This document shows positions 1-13,600 of a DNA stretch of 64,000 bases, piece after piece; position 1 is the stretch's first letter, and each line of letters begins with the position of its first letter. The position numbers were made by a program, and so were the translations under genes. The stretch is from assembly GCA_022813965.1 (NCBI GenBank), contig JALDZS010000026.1, forward strand, positions 62,001-126,000. Direction: 5' to 3'. A model generated the notes under the pieces. The model worked only from the letters and a program-made list of their open reading frames with translations, searched no databases and was not told where the DNA came from. The stretch is from Toensbergia leucococca. Taxonomy: Eukaryota.

Positions 1-1653
1 TGATACCCTGGAGGGTCGTCGATGGCATGAGCTTCCTCTGTTGTGATCATAGGATCCTCAGGGCGCTCGAGAGTCACACCTCCAGCGCTGCCATAACTAG
101 ACGATGTGGATGTGGATGAAGGAACGGAATGGCTGCCAGACGGAGAGTGATTTAGAGATGCGTGGTGAGCCTGGTAATGGCCTCCTCCTAGTCGATTAGA
201 ATTAGAGTAAGAAATTCCAGTCATACCGTTGCGCGAACTCGATGGTCCGGCTGAGTTTGGGTCTCTTGGCCCTCCAGTACTGTCGCCACTAGACCCACCG
301 CCAGGGGGCATGCTCGTTGAGCTACCTCTACGCTCGTCGGAGTAATGACCGGGGGAACGTCCTCGCACAACCATGGGAGCCGACAATCGTGAGGCTACCT
401 TGATCCACTGACCTTCTGAAGATTTGCTGCTCGAAATCTCAACGAAGAGCTCCACAACAATGTGAAAATACTGCTGCGCTGCCCGCCTCTTACCGTTATT
501 CGCGGTAGCATTCTTAAATTGGATCCTATCGAAATTTGCAATCGTTTGACTCGATTGCTGATTTGACGAAGACGCCGCATAGTCGAACTCGGAAGAAAGC
601 TGTGCGCTAGGACTCAGCCCCCCTGCCGTCTCTGAAAACAAGCTTGGTGATCCAGGAGGTTGTGGTAGTAACTTTATCTTTTCAGGGTGGCCCAATGGAC
701 CCTTATCCCGCTTTGGCGTATGCTGAACCAATTCAATAACTCTCCCATCTTCACCATCCACCCTAGCGGTTATGGACATTGCCCACGACTTAATAAGATC
801 AACATTTGCCATAGTCGTACGCTTCAAATAGAGTGGCTCGGACGTAGGCGCCACAGCTGGTGTGAGGTTGTAGTAACATGCTACCGAAAAGTAGTTGCGC
901 CGGTAACAGGTCCAATCCTGCTCGGCTTTGAAGAAGCCTTTATCAATCTTCGCTTGCAGCTTAGGATGTACATGCGAGCCTTTAGCATCAATGATAGGAT
1001 ATAATTGCTTCGTGTTGTCAAAAGGAGGTACATTTTGTGTGTTGTGCGAGCCAAGCGTGAAAGGGTTAGTAGCATCAGGTGTTATAGTAGCATTTGAGAG
1101 GCTGAAGGCAGCACTTGTAGACGAAGGCATCGTGTTCGTGGATGAATCAAGACCTCTAGGAGCGGGCAACATCGGCGACGATGGCGAATGAGATAGGTAA
1201 GTATTCTGATTCCCATGGACTAATCCCGCGTGCCTTTGGAGACGAGGAGTTGAAGTCGTGTAATTCTCCCTTCCGGTCGCACCCCTTGATGGTGACACTG
1301 GCGTCCGACTCCCAGGAGAGTGCGAGGGAGGCGGCATACCCGAGGTTGATGGACTAGTTCTCGTGGAAAGTAGTCAGACAAAAAGATAAGCCTGGTTCAA
1401 CTGGAACAAGATTGGGAGGACAAGCATGCGAGAAGGGAACACACATTGATGTTGGTTGAGATCTTATGTCGTACATGTACGTCTGCGAGCAATTCAACGC
1501 TGAGGGATATAGCGCTGGCGCAGTCGAAGAGAAGCTCCCGATAGTATTGGAGCCATTCGGGAAAAAGTTAGTGTGCGGTGTGAACACAAAGGAAGATGCG
1601 GCTGAGCTTGGGCTTGTTGACGTAGAGCCGCAGCTTGAATTCAATGGACTCAT
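1..1653 (-). CDS. NDT80: NDT80/PhoG-family transcription factor (NdtA/FSD-1-like), 3' end runs off the window
   Basis: Manual translation of the minus strand (~1350 to <1, open frame) gives AKIDKGFFKAEQDWTCYRRNYFSVAC, IELVQHTPKRDKGP, FDRIQFKNATANNGKRRAAQQYFHIVVELF and VVRGRSPGHY, the hallmark NDT80 DNA-binding motifs. The first exon is probably the 1653-~1445 part of the 1354..1659 ORF, followed by an intron with a CTGAC branch site ending ~1355-1360. The start is uncertain. Confidence 0.9.
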
Positions 1654-4600
1654 GGGCAATCTAGCCTGGAAACTGATCCCTCATGTTGATCATTAGCCAT
1701 CGTATGCAGGTCAAGTATGGCGCGAACGTCACAGCATCGCGAGTAAGTGCAACATCAGTACGGCTGAAGGGCAGCTAATGCGTGACTAGAAAATGTCGTC
1801 GTGTGATCAGTGTGATGAACCACGCTGCTGGGAACCATGCACGTAATATGGTGCGGTGTATCGCGTCTCGCGGTGGTGCCAAGAATAAAGGGCAGATGAA
1901 CGGAGGCAGCTCATGACTGTGAGTGAAAGAGGGAAGGAAAAGGCGAAGCGAGAAGGATCCAGGCAAAACAGTGTGGAACAGTGAATAAAAGATATCCGAA
2001 GGGAATGAACAAATCAGAACGGCTACTATCAAAACAACACTTACGGCACATCCTGTTCCCCGGGATGAAGTGAGTAACGCAGACCCTTAGCGGCATGGAA
2101 TGGTAGCGGGTGCAGCATTGGCTGGCCCAGCAAGCCGTAATCAGGCCGAAGGTGGGCCACCACGCCCTCGCCCACAAACGGGGGCTGGCTCGTGTATGCC
2201 CGAATCTGCTCTAATGACTCGCTCTCCGTCTGGAGAGGGTAATCGAAGGGATGATGAATGAGCGCTACGGCATCAGTCAGTCACCACGTTATCTCACCCA
2301 TGCGACAAGAGCTGCGCAGGCATAAGCTGCCATTGCCTCAGGCACAGTATTACGGGCTCCATGCATCAGCATTAGCAGATTGCCTTCAAACGTCCCACTT
2401 TTGAGTGGGCACAGTTGTCGTTTCATGTGTTCGGACGGGAAATGCAAGAAAGAAATCGCTGTCAACCTAGCCTGTCCAGGAGCTATTTTCCAACGAGGTC
2501 CAAAGCAAGAAACGACATACATATCAATTCTGGACAGCGTGGAGCTGTCCGCACATGGTGGAGGGAGAGCAACGAGATCTTGGAAGGGCTCTTCGGCAGG
2601 GCAGACCCTACTTACAATTATTCATTAGAGATATGACCACGCTTTCCCCCTGCAAAGGCCCGACCCTCTCGGCCTGCGAAAAGGAGGGATTGTCGCGGAG
2701 CCTGTCCAGCGGCGAATGAGACGTCTCGCAGTGTTTTGGAATTTAGGCTTGCCGCGAAACTTCTCGCTTCCGGGGTACCTCCAGAGGAGATCCTGTGGAT
2801 CCTAAACTAAAAGCGGCCACTAACCCTATAATTTGCACCATATCAATCTTGCGCAAGTACGAAGTATTTAGTGTGGGATAGAATTGGGCGAGATGAAGTG
2901 GGCCGGCAATAGGAAAAACGTACACTTTCCTAGCTTAACGGCACCTACAGACTGCGCCGTTGGTCGATTACTGTGCCTTGAACTTTCAAGGGGCGCAATG
3001 CGAGACCAAGTAGTTAACAGGCACGGTAACACAAAAGGTGTGGCAGAAGATTCCAAGTTGACCAGGGCTTCAGAGCGGCCTAAGAGTGGGCCTTGCTTTG
3101 CCTTGCGACCTAGCGTGGGGAGATCTGACGAGGTGCAGATTGGCGAATGGGAACCTAGGCCGAAGCAGATCGTCGTATGATGGGCGTGAAGACGTTATGT
3201 CGCAACGATGCTTGCAACGTGGGCCTGAATGGGTCTGCTCTCGTGTCTTTGAGTGAGGGTGGTCCTTGTATTCATATAGCAGCCAGACGAGAGATTCATC
3301 TTCCACCCTGCTACTACCGCCGTTGCACGGCCGGGGAGGCCGCGAAGTGAATTGCTAGCTGGCTCGTCTGCATACGAGCTTAGACTCGACCAGCGACAGG
3401 CCTCGTGGACGGCGCGAAGGCGAAGGACAAAGGAATGAAAGTCTGATGCGGCGGGAGACGAGCGGTCGGTAGCAGGAAGCGGGGGCGCCTTGTGGTGATA
3501 TATCGAGCGTGCTCAAGCTAAGTCGGTACCGTTGCAAGTATCTGGGCACTCTGGACTAGCGGCACGAAGGTTGAGCTCGCTCATGACCGACAAAGCCGTT
3601 GATGGCCTTTTGAGGTACATGCTAACCGTTGACACTAAGATATATGAGAAGCTCGTGTTGATCATGTCAATTGCTCGAATGCGGCTTGCAGCATGCAGCA
3701 CCGAGATGGAGCTTCTAGTGCTAATCGTCATGGATTCGAAACGGTGACAAATTCCATTCAGCTTTGCTCTGCCGGCCAGTGATCAGTCGCACTCGACCTT
3801 ACCGAAGGAGTCCGAGAAGCCAATCAAGGCCTCTACGACGCTTGATCGGGGAGCGTAGGACCATTCGCCGCCCTCCATCTACTACCCTCACCAGGCACAG
3901 TGGCATTTGAACGTATTGTCCGGACAATTAATAACGACGGCGAATGCAGGAACACGGCGCCAGCGTCGCTTGGATTGGTTCTCGTGCGGCCAGCTGCAGC
4001 ATCGTCAATCGACCTCGAAGCCTTGAAGATTTCCGACCTTAGCTGGCGATCATGGCTCAACGGGAGGAAGAGGAGGAGAAATTAACAAGGCGCAGCCTCC
4101 ACTAGGTTCCTCTAGGTAGAACTCAGAAGAAGGCCGGAAGTTTAATGCACTGTCAATCTGTCATTGCCACTGCCACTTCCATTGCTACTAGCCCGTATCA
4201 GGCTTGCGTCACGAATGGTGCTCTAACGGCGTAAGTCTACCTTGAAGATACCGGTAGGCTGGTACCTTAGGCCAGCGAGCATGTGTTGTTGTCGCTTTCG
4301 CTTTCGCTTTCGCAATCATGCTGCCACTATCAATCAAGCTTTAGCTGTCCATGTCCACAGCCTGGCCATGTCTCTCCGCTCCCCAGCTACATGTAGGCTT
4401 GGTCGGTAGGCAGGCTAAGGTAACTACTCGTACTAACGGAACTACGAAGGTGTGGTGGTTGTTTACTTGTTTAGCTGTCGGCACTTATGTCGCGCAGATG
4501 ACGCTTGCCCAACAGGGTTCCCCGTTCAATTTCACATTGCGTTATCCCCAATCTAGTCTTGGCACAGCCAGGCCGCTCAGCCTCCCTATAATTGAAGCTT

Positions 4601-7571
4601 TCGATTCGAGATCATAGGAGGCGCTGTACTTGGACATGAAGTGTTCCTTCCTACATCCTCGGTGCGCTCTGCCGTCCCAATGGAAATCTCTGCTTGAGGC
4701 CTCCTCTTGTCACTTCTGAAAAATGCCCACACTCCACCAACACCTGACCATCTTGTTGGGCGGCTCTCTTTCCCATTTCGAAATTCCCATTGTCCAGGAG
4801 CATTTCCAGGACGGCTCAGAGCTCCGTGCCTAGCATCACTCAAGTCTCCTAACACACAAGTCTCTGCTGTCAACTCCACTAGCCCGCCGGCTGAGCGGAG
4901 CCTCGTTTACCAAGTCGCTGCTCAAGTGTGGCGGGATTTCACTGCTTATTGAAGTAAGCCTGGCGGGAGCTTACATGAGATCGCCCTTGCCAAAGTTCTA
5001 TACCTCGGTCCAATATCTTCAGTCTCGTACTCCAATCATCGTTGTTGCATGACCTCACTGCCCCCGGCGAGCACTATCACACTCTGTCAAAGACAAGGGA
5101 TATTCTAGCCGCTGCCTGCCTACAAGGGGGCCTAGATGCAGTATCCCGACACTGTGGTTGGTGATATTAGCGACGCCAAACCAGGTACTTGTTGCGGGAG
5201 ATGGGGATCATATGTGAGAAACCTCTTCCGCTAGTTTGAATATTGGTAGGTAGGATAAGGTCTCGAGTCTTGGAGGGTGCAAATGCAATGCCGAAGTTAA
5301 GTGGTTTGCATGGTGGCCTGGCAGTCCATCAGCGGCGTTGAGTACCTTGCTGCAGCATGGTTACGGCTAGGCAGGTTTCATCACAACAATGCTCTGAAAT
5401 GTGTGGACGTCTCCTCTCCAAGTGAATGCATGGCTACCTTTGGATCCTTCAGACTACGAAAACCTTGTCTTTCAGATTCGAACTAGCCCCTGTTGACTGC
5501 ATCAGGCTTTCTTGTGGCCAATCCATGGTGCTGTCACATGGAGATGCTGTGTAACCAACATACGATAATGACACGCTCTGACATGCGAAGCCCATGTGCA
5601 TCACTCAGGAGCAAAGGACTCCTTTAAGTCACATTTCACGCCCCTAGGATCGATCCTTGCCGATTTCCGAAGAAATGAAGAGGAACGCTCCGTCTTTTGA
5701 GCCCGTCACAGCGGGTGGTCCAATCAGGACTACATCATCGGAACATTATGTTTTCCACAATCTTAACATCGACCTGATAGCCGATTACTGGCTAAGCTCG
5801 AGCATCTCTGATTCCAAGAACCTCTGACCGTGACACAACATTAAAGCAGATGGTCATGAGCAAAGTCTCGGCCGATGTGACCAATGGACGTAAAATTCTC
5901 CGGTTCGCTGAGGCACGTTACACGTCTTCTATCTCAAGCACAGGCCAACAGTTCGTCGCTCCAGCGAGAGTTGTGCAAGCATGTGTTGGGCGCTGTTGCA
6001 TTCCACATGTTTCTTGTGAGCTCAAGTCCTCGCTTCGTCCACGTGAGATAACCGTCTGACGCTTATCTCCGCCTAGCCTATTCTTGCTATCCTCGCAATT
6101 CACGTAGTACACAGCTAGGGCGTGTGGGAAAGTTTCTGGTTAGGGGTTAAGCTTTGGGTTGAAAAATAATGCTCCTTTAATCCGAATGTCTAAAAAGTTT
6201 TAACGAATCTGCACTCATCCGTTGCTTGTTATCCATGAGCTTTAGGTTTGTCACTAGGGATATTCAGTCATATGAGGCCAAGGAAGCTTTGGTGTGTAGT
6301 CATCCCACCGAGATGAGATCTGATATCAAAGGAATGTTGATTAGTGCGAGCTAACCTAAAGGATACTCATAACACCAAAGCCAGGATCGACATGATGAGT
6401 CGTCGAGCAGGTGATATCGACAGTATGACTGATATTTTGATTGTCAAGGTTTTTGAATCTCGTTTCTCCAGTGCCTACAAGGTCTCCGCCCCTGTGATGC
6501 CTCACTTTGGCCGATTGTGGGATATTTGGGGCCACGAAGTATTTGTGCCTTTGCCGCGTTCATTTTAGACTCACTTGAAGAATTTCGTTCACCTTTCTCT
6601 GATCAATTCTGCCGGACAATTTATGATACGGATTCAGATTCTAAATCCACAATCTACTATAAGAAGGATAAAGCCATCATAATCCCAAAGTCATTCCAGC
6701 GTGTTTGGCAGGAGAAGATTAATCTGCTACATCTTGTTCAGCTCCGTGTTTTACTTTCTTGCAAAATAGAGTGAATTGTATTTGAGAACTGCTCCTAACT
6801 AAATTGTACTCAGTTCGATGCGCAATCATCAGCTCGCATTCAAACCTCACTCTGGCGCTTGATGAAGTTGCATTTCGCGTTTCCCCCCTTCACTCAACCT
6901 GAATTGTTACCTTCCAACTTTGATCTCTATCCAGGATATCCACATGCTTTCAATTGGCGTTCCAGGCTCCTATGCTATGTGTCTCATTCCAGATCCTTCC
7001 CTACGCATATCAATCCAGGTCTACAATTGCTGATCTTATTCGGCAGTTTCAGTGACTCCATTTATCAATCGAAAAGCCCACACTAGAAATAATCAAAGAA
7101 AATTCATGTTTGCAAAAACGGGTACAAACGAAGAAGTTTAACTTTGAATGCGCAATAGGTAAGCTTTGAATTACACTGATCTAGGGCTAGGGCTAGAGCT
7201 GTGGCTAGGGTATCCCGTTATCGATAAGAAGAACAGGGGCTTTTGATTATCTAGCCACGACCCTTTTCTCAGCGATATGTCTACGAGTACCAGAATCATA
7301 CAAGAGACATGGTTCAGAGCTACAAAACAGCAATTTAAAGTCATGAATGTTTTAGAGTCCCCCGGTCACCAATGCTTCAATAAATGCATTATGAATACGT
7401 CATGGTCTATTGATTTTGCAATCCTGTCGTCACTACTACCGGTACAGACTTCGAGATGTAACTAACATAAGAAGAAATATTCTGCCTCTGACAGATAGTA
7501 TTGCTATTCTTTACCAAAGCTTACCTCCACCAAAGCCCTGTCTCCTACTTTCCTTTTGTTTAGGCATCGTC

Positions 7572-8725
7572 ATGGCTTTGCTCACAGGCAATAAATTCGA
7601 TCCCAACACCGACATCCCAGACCTCAGCGGCAAAGTGAGTCCCCAATCTGGCCCTTCATGAACAAAGCTGACCATGTGTACTCAAAGATATACATTATCA
7701 CGGGCGGTAGCGCGGGCATTGGCTTCGGCATCGTGGCGCACATCCTCCAGCACAACGCCGCCAAGATCCTGCTTCTTTCCAACAAAAAACAGCATGCCGA
7801 AGAGGCGATGGAGGAGCTAAAGTCCTTTGGGGACACAGACAGGGTGCACTGGGTACATTGTGATTTGTCGAGCCTGAAACAGACGGATAAGGTGGCCAAG
7901 AAGCTATATAATGAGGAGAAGCAGATTGACGCTGTAAGGTTATGACGGGACTTTGACAATTCCGTCGGTTTTCGTACTTGCTGAATCATTGCAGCTCATC
8001 TGCAACGCCGGAGTGGGCGTGGGCGCTTATTGGGAAACTGAAGATGGCATCGGTAACGCGACCCTAACCTTACCTCTAACCCCAAACTAAGCTCGCCCAT
8101 CTCCCCAGACTCTCACTTCCAGATCAATCACCTCGCCCAAATGCACCTCATCTTGACTCTCCTACCAAACCTCCAAAGCACCCCCAACTCCCGTCTAGTC
8201 CTCCAGTCCTCGGACCTCCACCGCGCCGCACCCCCCTCAACCGCTTTCTCCACGGCCGCAGAAATCAACTCCGACATTGGGCCTATGCTCCTCTACAACC
8301 GCACTAAACTCGCCCAAGTGCTCTTTATTCGTGCGCTTAAACGTCGCATGAACAACGGTCGCCTCGGCTTTGATAGCAAGGAGAAGAAAGTGTATGCCAA
8401 TGCCACGCATCCGGGCGCGGTGAATACGGATCAGCAGGAGCAGGCTGTGGAGGCGTATGGGGTGTTGGGGAAGGTGGGTGTTAAGGCGACGAGGCCGTTT
8501 ATGAAAGACCCAGTTGAGGAAGGGTGCAGGAGTGCTTTATTTGCAGCGACTGGGACGGAGGTACTTGGGGATGGCATTAGTGGAGGTTATATTGTGCCGG
8601 ATATGAAGGTTACGGAACCTTCGGCTAAGGCATGCGACGAAGGGTTAGGCGAGAGGTTATGGGGGTTGAGTTTGGAGATGCTGCGAGAGAAGCTGGGGAA
8701 TTTGGATTACCAGGTTGAGGCGTGA
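7572..8725 (+). CDS. Short-chain dehydrogenase/reductase (retinol dehydrogenase/WWOX-like)
   Basis: Exons 7572-7634, 7688-7933, 7995-8052 and 8109-8725 with GT-AG introns. Motifs DIPDLSGK, TGGSAGIG (NAD(P) binding), CNAG, YNRTK (YxxxK) and HPGAVNT. Confidence 0.9.
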
Positions 8726-9199
8726 GGTGTGAGTTTGATATATTCTGGTTCGGCAGCTTGCAGAGACATTCAGGGGTTGTAGATGGATGGCCTTTGATAT
8801 GTTCCTGGACAGAATTTTATTCAATCAAACTAAAGCTGGGTAATATCATCGAATAGCCTCTTACTCACCATCTGGGCACTTCGTACAAATGTTGGTTTCG
8901 TAGTGAATTATAAAGGATATCTTGATACTTTCCTGACGCTTTCATTGACCAAGAGGTAATATACTGGCATGGTTTCAAGGAGCTTCGAGTTCCCAGACTC
9001 ATGGAAATGAGGGTAGAAAGAGTAGTCAAAAAGGTCTTGACAATTCGGAACGAGAGAAATTCTGTTAGGCTTTGCGAACACTCGTGGGGAAAACAAGCAT
9101 CGAATCAGGATTCTGATGTTTAGTAAATGACATTTCTCGACTCCACTGATGCAAAGCAACGAAGACGCCCCTACACAATATCTTAGGCACACAAATAGC

Positions 9200-10225
9200 T
9201 CAAGTAGCCCTCTTCGCAAACTCCACCCGAAGAATCAAGTGTCCATAACCATCTACACACGACCATCAATTCAAGTTGCCAATCGCTATTATGAAAGGGG
9301 AACCACTCACATCCATCGATCTTCTCGCACGCCTTCGCAGCCTCGGTCCTCTCCTGAAAGCTGATAAAGGCAAAGCCCTTGGCACGACCCGTATCTCTGT
9401 CTTTTGCCAAGAAGACGCGTGTGACTCGTCCGAAGCGTTCGAATATCTCGCGGAGGTCTTGCTCCTCTGCGAATTCCGAGACCTTTGCGATTGCGTATAT
9501 CAGCTAGATTGACGGCAAGCACGAACAGCGATACTCACGTTTGTCACCCTCAAAGTCGCCAAGTCATCCCTCTCGTACTTCCCTCCCATCCTCTCCCCTG
9601 CTCCGGCACCGGCTCCTTTTCTCAAATGCGGTGGTACATAACTACTTCCTCCCATTCCCAGACCCCCCTCCTTAGTCCCCTCCTCTTCCACGTCTCCCCC
9701 ACCATTGGCCGTCTCTTCACCCATCGGCGCCATAGTGTCCTTGAACGGACATCTCGCAGTGAAGTGCTCCCCGTCACAAATCCGACACTTGACCTTCTTA
9801 TCTTTCAGCTGCGCCTTCACACTATCCTTCTCCGGCTTCTCCTCCTTCCCGTCCTTCTTCCATGTCACGCTCGGTCTAAAAATGATGTTCTCGCCCACAC
9901 TAGTCGTATCGAAAGAAGGGCCGACGGGATGGCCTTTCTCGAGGCCAAATTTGGACCAGGCACGGCGTTCGGCGACGCGGGGGTTGACGGTTTCTTTGAT
10001 GACGGTGGTGCGGATACGGCGGGTGGTTTTTACCTTTTTGCCGTCGTCATTGAAGCGGTAGGATACAACTGTTTTGGTTCCGTCTTTGTTGGTGGATATT
10101 GTTTGCGGGGGGAGGGTAGAGGCATCGTCAAATTCTTCGTCGTCGGCCCAGTCGGGGCGGCTGGGAGGCTGGGTTAGTTGGGAACTTGTGTAACTGCGGG
10201 GGACTTGCGTGGCTAATTTAGACAT
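9200..10225 (-). CDS. TIF35: Eukaryotic translation initiation factor 3 subunit G
   Basis: [11 protein letters not shown]-terminus, zinc knuckle [16 protein letters not shown], and C-terminal RRM (TLRVTN...AKGFAFISF...[13 protein letters not shown]). Stop at 9200-9202. Three introns. Confidence 0.95.
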
Positions 10226-10624
10226 GTTTTGATTGTGTGAAGCTAGGAATTTGATGGGAGGGATTAGTTTGAGAGAGAGAAAGAGAGAGAGAGTTTTTAG
10301 TATTCTATATTCTATGTGATTTTGTGGGGCGAAAATTAGGCTAGAATATTTATTTATAACTTCGCTGATTGGTTGAAGCTTTCCAACTCATTCCAACTCA
10401 CGCAAAGCCCCTGTGTAATTTGGATAACACCATTTCGATCGAAGGTCAAATGGTGGCTATCATGGTATGGGAGGGAGTAGCAGCTTTGAATGCAAATGGA
10501 TATTCTACTAGGGGCTAATTCCGATGACATAGGTGGACTTTGAGAACCCAGGATGATACATTTCGCCTCCATGGGCCTGGTCCTGACCACTCCCATACAA
10601 AAAACTCACTGCCCATAGACTGCC

Positions 10625-13600
10625 ATGCCGAAGCTGGAGGCTGCTACCGTATCGAATCATGTTGTTCGCAAAAGAAAGCGTGCCGCAGGAAGTGAGAGTG
10701 TTGAAAACACCTCACAAAAACCTCTTAGTGGCGAATCTCCCTCAACCAGTACGACGATCCCGACCAAAACGCATGATGGCGGCAAGAAACCTCACCGAGC
10801 TCCCAATGCCAAAGCTGCTACTTCAAAGCCACCACTTCTACGCCGAGATTCGTCAACGATTGTCGAGACAACCATCGCTTGGCCGGCACACTTCACCAAG
10901 CTCGCCCAGACGCATCGCGCCCTCAATCTTGTCTACACCTTTTGCTGCACCCGCAAGCACTTAGCTACTACCTTTGACACAATCAAAAAGACTGTCGAAG
11001 GCCATATCAAGCGGGAACTGCTTGTCGAAGATGTTGCCCAGATCAAAGCGCTTGTGCCTAGGGCTATCAACTTCGCCTACGTCGATGAGGCCATGTTACA
11101 AGTTGCTGTATTGGGAGAAGAGGATGGCATCAAAGGAGGAAGAGCAAAGGACTTTCGTTCGTTGGATTTCGACAAGGAAGACACCGCGAACGCTACGGTA
11201 GAAAATAACAGGAGCAAAGAGCTATTGCTGTTCGAGTTTGTTGATGGGGACTTGAAGAGACAAGTTACTAACGCAAAAACTGGGGAGCCTATCAAGCCGT
11301 TCAGGAAGTTGCGGGAAGAAGATCTGAAAATGCCTGTTTTTAGCCAAAAGCAAATGATGAAGCTTATAGAGAAGAGAAATACCAAGTTTACTTCTGCTGT
11401 CAATGCTTTCTTGAATCAATGTGCAACTAAAGACGTCGATGCCGTGGACATGCTACGGATGGAAGAGAAGCCCTTCATTCCAGTGCCTTCTGACAGCAGG
11501 GGAAATACACCAGCACCGGACCAGGGTGCCAAGCCGCCGCCCACAATACCTACAGAACGTAAAACCGTCTCAGAGATCATCGCAGAGGTGAAGGCTATGG
11601 AATGGTATTCTGGTCAAATTGTGCCGGACGGACATCGAGTATTCGACCCTCAGCCACCGATATTCGGTGATCTCAACTTTCAGCTATCCCAAAATCTAGT
11701 CAACGCTCTGTATAATACCAGAGGCATTACACAGCTCTATTCTCATCAAGCAGAAGCTATCAACAATCTCTATGAAGGTCACAACGTCATCGTAGCTACC
11801 TCTACCAGCTCTGGCAAATCCCTGATTTACCAAATACCCATGCTTCATGAGCTGGAGTTGGACCCCAACAGTCGAGGCATGTACATCTTCCCTACGAAAG
11901 CACTTGCACAGGATCAAAGAAGGAGCATGAAAGAATTACTACGATTTATGCCAGGACTCGAAAACGTGGTTGTGGAAACATTCGATGGAGATACGGCCAT
12001 GCCTGACCGGAATATCATCAGAGATGAAGGTAGAATCATTTTCACCAATCCTGACATGCTCCACATCACCATCCTACCTCAAGAAGACAAATGGCGGACA
12101 TTTTTGCAAAATCTCAAATTCGTTGTGGTGGACGAGTTGCACGTTTACAACGGCCTCTTTGGCTCTCATGTCGCCTTCATAATGCGAAGATTACGGAGGA
12201 TATGCGCGGCGGTGGGAAATCGCCACGTCAAATTCGTTTCTTGCTCTGCCACTGTTGCGAATCCCGAGGAACACATGCGAACCATCTTTGGAGTTGATAA
12301 AATCCGGCTGACGGACTTTGACGGATCGCCCTCGGGGAGAAAGGAGTTTTTATGCTGGAACACGCCGTTCAAAGATCCCAAAGACCCTTCTTCGGGTAGG
12401 GGAGATAGCATGGCCGAATCTGCTAGGTTATTCTGTCAACTCGTCTTGCGTGGAGTAAGGGTCATAGCTTTCTGTCGGGTGCGGAAGCAATGCGAACTGC
12501 TTATTGGCGCTGTCAGGAATGAGGCTGCAAATCTGGAGCGACCAGATCTTGCAGCTCGCGTCATGGGATACCGAGGTGGTTACGCTCCACAAGACAGGCG
12601 CAAGATCGAGAAGGAAATGTTCGAAGGGAAGCTCATGGGCATCATTGCAACAAATGCATTAGAGCTTGGCGTTGATATAGGCTCCCTTGACGCCGTCATC
12701 ACCGTCGGCTTCCCTTATACAATCTCCAATCTCCGCCAGCAAAGCGGTCGCGCTGGCCGCAGAAACAAAGACTCTCTCTCGGTCCTAGTAGGCGACTGCT
12801 TCGCCACCGACCAACACTACATGGACAATCCCGACGAAATCTTCACATCCTCTAACTGCGCCCTGCAAGTCGACCTCCAAAACACTCTCGTCCTCGAAGG
12901 CCACCTCCAATGCGCCGCTTTTGAAATGCCCCTTCGCCCAGATGAAGACTCTCCCTACTTCGGCTCGCAACTCGCCTCCGTTGCTGCCGAGCGCCTGGTT
13001 GCCGACCCTCAGGGCTTCTATCACTGCAACGAGCGCTTCCGTCCTTTGCCCTCCAAGTGCGTCGCCATCCGCGATACCGAAGAAGGCCACTTTGCCGTTG
13101 TCGACATTACTAACAACCGCAACATCGTCCTCGAGGAAGTTGAGCCCTCGCGCGCCTTCTTCACCCTCTATGACGGCGGCATCTTCCTCCACCAAGGCCA
13201 CACCTACCTCGTCAAAGACTTCTCCCCAGATAACAAGATTGCCAAAGTCTCCCGTGTCACCGTCGACTGGACCACCCAACAGCGCGACTACACGGATATC
13301 GACCCCATCGCCACCGAAGCCATCCGCCGTATCCCTGGCACCCTCACGCGTGCCTTCTACGGCGCCATCAAAATTCGCGCCGTCGTCTTCGGCTTCTTCA
13401 AACTCGACAAAAAACGCCGCATCCTCGACGCCGTGCAGGTCGACAACCCACCCGTGGAGATCCTCTCCAAAGGCATGTGGCTCGACGTACCTAAGCAAGC
13501 GCTCGACATCCTCAACGCGCGCCGCCTCAACGTCGCGGGCGCCATCCATGCCGCCGAGCACGCCGTCCTGAGCCTGTTGCCCAACTTCGTCATCAGCATG

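Noticed and set aside
6541..6549. MSE-like Ndt80 site (GGCACAAAT on minus) suggesting autoregulation
   Set aside because: A single short match ~4.9 kb from the gene, expected by chance.
7180..7210. Telomere-like motifs (CTAGGG repeats here; also CCCTAACC at ~8062 in an intron and GGTTAGGG at ~6138 and ~58841)
   Set aside because: Only one to three degenerate units, with no TTAGGG array and no recognisable telomerase RNA template/pseudoknot context.
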